Shown here: positions 61,860 to 64,000 of the stretch, piece after piece
How the letters are laid out: every line of letters begins with the position of its first letter
Numbering within the stretch: the first letter of the stretch is position 1
Assembly: GCA_965644265.1 (NCBI GenBank)
Contig: OZ286462.1
Span: forward strand, 7,068,001 to 7,132,000
Length of the DNA stretch: 64,000 nucleotides
Reading direction: 5' to 3'
Origin: Glycera tridactyla
Lineage: Eukaryota
Notes under the pieces: model-generated
Databases searched by the model: none
Told to the model about the DNA's origin: nothing
What the model saw: only the letters and a program-made list of their open reading frames with translations
Program-made: the position numbers and the translations under genes

Positions 61860-63674
61860 ATGGATAACGAAAGTACTACGCCGGCCATTGGCGAACGCCA
61901 CGAGCCTGCACAACAACAACCTTCAAGAGATCAAGATACGGACTTACAGAGGCCAGAACTGGCTTCTGACGCTGGAGAAAGGGGAAGAACTTCCCCAGCT
62001 TCTTCATACAGAGCGGAATCGGAACCGATTTCCCCTAATCCCGGCAGTATGGATTCGAGAAGCCGTGACTCCTTTGCTCGAACGAGGGATTTCTTCGGAC
62101 GGGCCCCGTCTAGAATGCCGCCCCCGAACTTGGGATATTACGAGCCAGCCTGGTCGCAAAACAGCTCCTTCACGCCAGGACATTGTGCGGGAGGAAGTTT
62201 TGGCCAGTTTCCATATCGATTTGGCCCCCAAAATGGCGATTTCAGGCGACAAGATGGATGGAATAGCGGCGATGTTTATTCGAGCAATCCCGGGGCTAGC
62301 GGCCATGTTGGATTCGCACCTCCTTCCTCGAGTGAGCAGGCCGGAAGTGGCGGGAACCCCTTACTTCCGGTGCGAAACGATAGCGAGGCTTGGCCTCGTT
62401 CTGGATTCAAAATGGCGGCGCCCACGCAGCAGCTTCCGAACCGAGAAAGTTCCAGTTTCACACGGAATACGACAAATCTGGCCGGTTTGCGAAGAGATCT
62501 CGGCCTCGAAAGGTATGATACATCCATACAGAACTTATCGGATAAAGTGAACAACCTGGTCGAGCTCTTATCTCGTCGGGAAAGGCGAAACAGTGGCGCA
62601 AGCGTGGGCGATAATAGGTCAACTAGTCGACACAGCCATCGCTCCGTTTCTCCTCTCTCTCGACGCTCCTCCCCACCTGCTTCCCCTTCCAGGGCTTCAG
62701 ATAAAGGCTCTGAACCAGGGGAAATCCTGGATGCCTCCCTTGATGAGGAGGAGGGTTTGGCGGATGCAGTAGCAGACTCTTGTGACATTTCTGTACCTAA
62801 CAACACCTCCCAGGATAGGTGGGGTGCGGCCTTTAAGAGGCCCAAGGTGGGAAAGGAGATAGAGGAGGGACTGGCTGAGTTTGTGGCGAACACATGTACC
62901 AAGGAACCGGATACAGAGTTCTTAAAATCAGTATCAGAGAAACATCTGATGCCGTCAAACACCAAGGTGGCCTGTTGCCCCACTGTGGACAAGTTAGTCT
63001 GGCGGAAACTCGGGACTAAGGGCAGGAGCTTTGACCTATCCATTCAGGACGTACAGAAAAAGATGATGCCGGCGCTGTACTCCACCATCTCGGCGCATGA
63101 ACTGGCGGGTAGACTCCGCAGGAAATACCCGGAGGACCCCGACCTCGAAACCCTAGAGGAGACTACGAAGGAGAGCGTCTACCTTCTGGGTCATGCCTCC
63201 TTTGTAGCATCACACACACGCCGGGAGAATGCACGCTTTATCTTCAAGGATGAGTTCAAGGAGCTGTGTAACAAGGGACGCCCCCCCAGTGAGGACCTGT
63301 TCGGTAAAGACTTCTCCAAGGACTGTAAGGAACTAGAGGAGAAGGCAGCAGCAACGAAGAAGGCCTTTGACGCCAGAGGCCATAACACGAGCCAATCATC
63401 TGGAAATGGTGGCAGCGGCAACAGTAACAACAACAACAACTCAGGGAAGGGCCGTCAGGGAGGCGCCAACTCCTTTCGGAATGACTCAGGGGGGAAGTGG
63501 AACAGAAAGAGATCAAACTACAGTCAACAGTCGCGCCGCGGTGGGGGCACCCCATACAACAAGGGCAAAGGGGGCCAAAAGGACGACAATCGCACCAACA
63601 AAGGTTCCAACAACAGCGGCAACACCAACAACTACAACAACAACAACAGCAACAGCTATGACTCAAAAAACTAG
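61860..63674 (+). CDS. DIRS gag-like ORF1 (about 604 aa)
   Basis: Intact ORF with first ATG at 61860. Central block PSNTKVACCPTVDKLVW...DLSIQDVQ...LFGKDF resembles invertebrate DIRS ORF1. G/N/R-rich C-terminus. Confidence 0.8.
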   Translation: MDNESTTPAIGERHEPAQQQPSRDQDTDLQRPELASDAGERGRTSPASSYRAESEPISPNPGSMDSRSRDSFARTRDFFGRAPSRMPPPNLGYYEPAWSQNSSFTPGHCAGGSFGQFPYRFGPQNGDFRRQDGWNSGDVYSSNPGASGHVGFAPPSSSEQAGSGGNPLLPVRNDSEAWPRSGFKMAAPTQQLPNRESSSFTRNTTNLAGLRRDLGLERYDTSIQNLSDKVNNLVELLSRRERRNSGASVGDNRSTSRHSHRSVSPLSRRSSPPASPSRASDKGSEPGEILDASLDEEEGLADAVADSCDISVPNNTSQDRWGAAFKRPKVGKEIEEGLAEFVANTCTKEPDTEFLKSVSEKHLMPSNTKVACCPTVDKLVWRKLGTKGRSFDLSIQDVQKKMMPALYSTISAHELAGRLRRKYPEDPDLETLEETTKESVYLLGHASFVASHTRRENARFIFKDEFKELCNKGRPPSEDLFGKDFSKDCKELEEKAAATKKAFDARGHNTSQSSGNGGSGNSNNNNNSGKGRQGGANSFRNDSGGKWNRKRSNYSQQSRRGGGTPYNKGKGGQKDDNRTNKGSNNSGNTNNYNNNNSNSYDSKN

Positions 63675-64000
63675 TTTGTCCCGGCACAGGCCCAGCCGGA
63701 TCACTGGGCCGCAATATCCAGGCTTGGCACCAGGTCACCTCGGATCCCTGGATCCTGGACACTGTCTCAGGATATACGCTGGAACTGGGGGAGGATCCAT
63801 TTCAGGACTCTCCGAGGATCACCCCAGTCCCTCGGGATCCAGGCCGACGTGCCCTGGTGCAGGGGGAAATCGACTCCCTCCTCGAAAAACAGGCAATCAC
63901 ACCCGTGGACTACCACCCCCTGGAGTACATCTCGACGATCTTTTTGGTGGAAAAGAAGTCCGGGGGGCAGAGGCCAGTTATCAACCTCAAATATCTGAAC
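63662..64000 (+). CDS. DIRS RT ORF, N-terminal part (-1 frame relative to gag, no ATG in window)
   Basis: 113 open codons with RT N-terminal motifs, overlapping the gag stop by 13 nt. Not in the ORF track because it has no start codon. Confidence 0.88.
63665..63710 (+). promoter_or_regulatory. Putative -1 ribosomal frameshift signal (A AAA AAC + H-type pseudoknot)
   Basis: Heptamer 63665-63671 in the gag frame. Stem 1 CCGGC (63681-63685) / GCCGG (63695-63699); stem 2 GGCCCA (63689-63694) / TGGGCC (63705-63710). Confidence 0.7.

Larger units (their letters stand above)
61650..64000 (+). mobile_element. DIRS-type retrotransposon B, 5' part (runs off the right edge)
   Basis: Long gag-like ORF followed by an open RT frame (QAWHQVTSDPWILDTVSGYTLEL...STIFLVEKKSGGQRPVINLKYLN). 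The left boundary is approximate. Confidence 0.88.

Noticed and set aside
62004-63762. Antisense and alternate-frame ORFs (220, 255, 168 aa) over the DIRS gag
   Set aside because: Shadow ORFs of a GC-rich coding region with no recognisable motifs.

Overview
Repeat-rich animal genomic DNA with GT-AG introns; the repeat types suggest a lophotrochozoan-like invertebrate. There are two host genes. (1) A GH27 alpha-N-acetylgalactosaminidase/alpha-galactosidase (NAGA/GLA family) gene lies on the minus strand and runs off the left edge. Its substrate-specificity exon is present as four intact, phase-matched tandem copies: three carry the alpha-galactosidase signature (C-E-Y-P-L) and one the alpha-NAGAL signature (C-S-W-P-A). 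This is a candidate mutually exclusive exon cassette that would switch enzyme specificity. (2) A complete 7-exon LRRC59 gene lies on the plus strand (47471-58094). Between the genes is a three-layer nest. A DIRS-type tyrosine-recombinase retrotransposon is split in its YR gene by an 18.2-kb LTR element (1387-bp LTRs, 4-bp TSD, decayed interior), which itself contains a near-intact 9.6-kb CR1/L2-group LINE. A second, apparently intact DIRS-type element starts near 61.65 kb; its gag/RT junction has a classical -1 frameshift signal (A AAA AAC plus an H-type pseudoknot). Many MITEs, hAT-, MULE- and Helentron-like non-autonomous elements, tRNA-derived SINE fragments, microsatellites and assembly gaps fill the rest.
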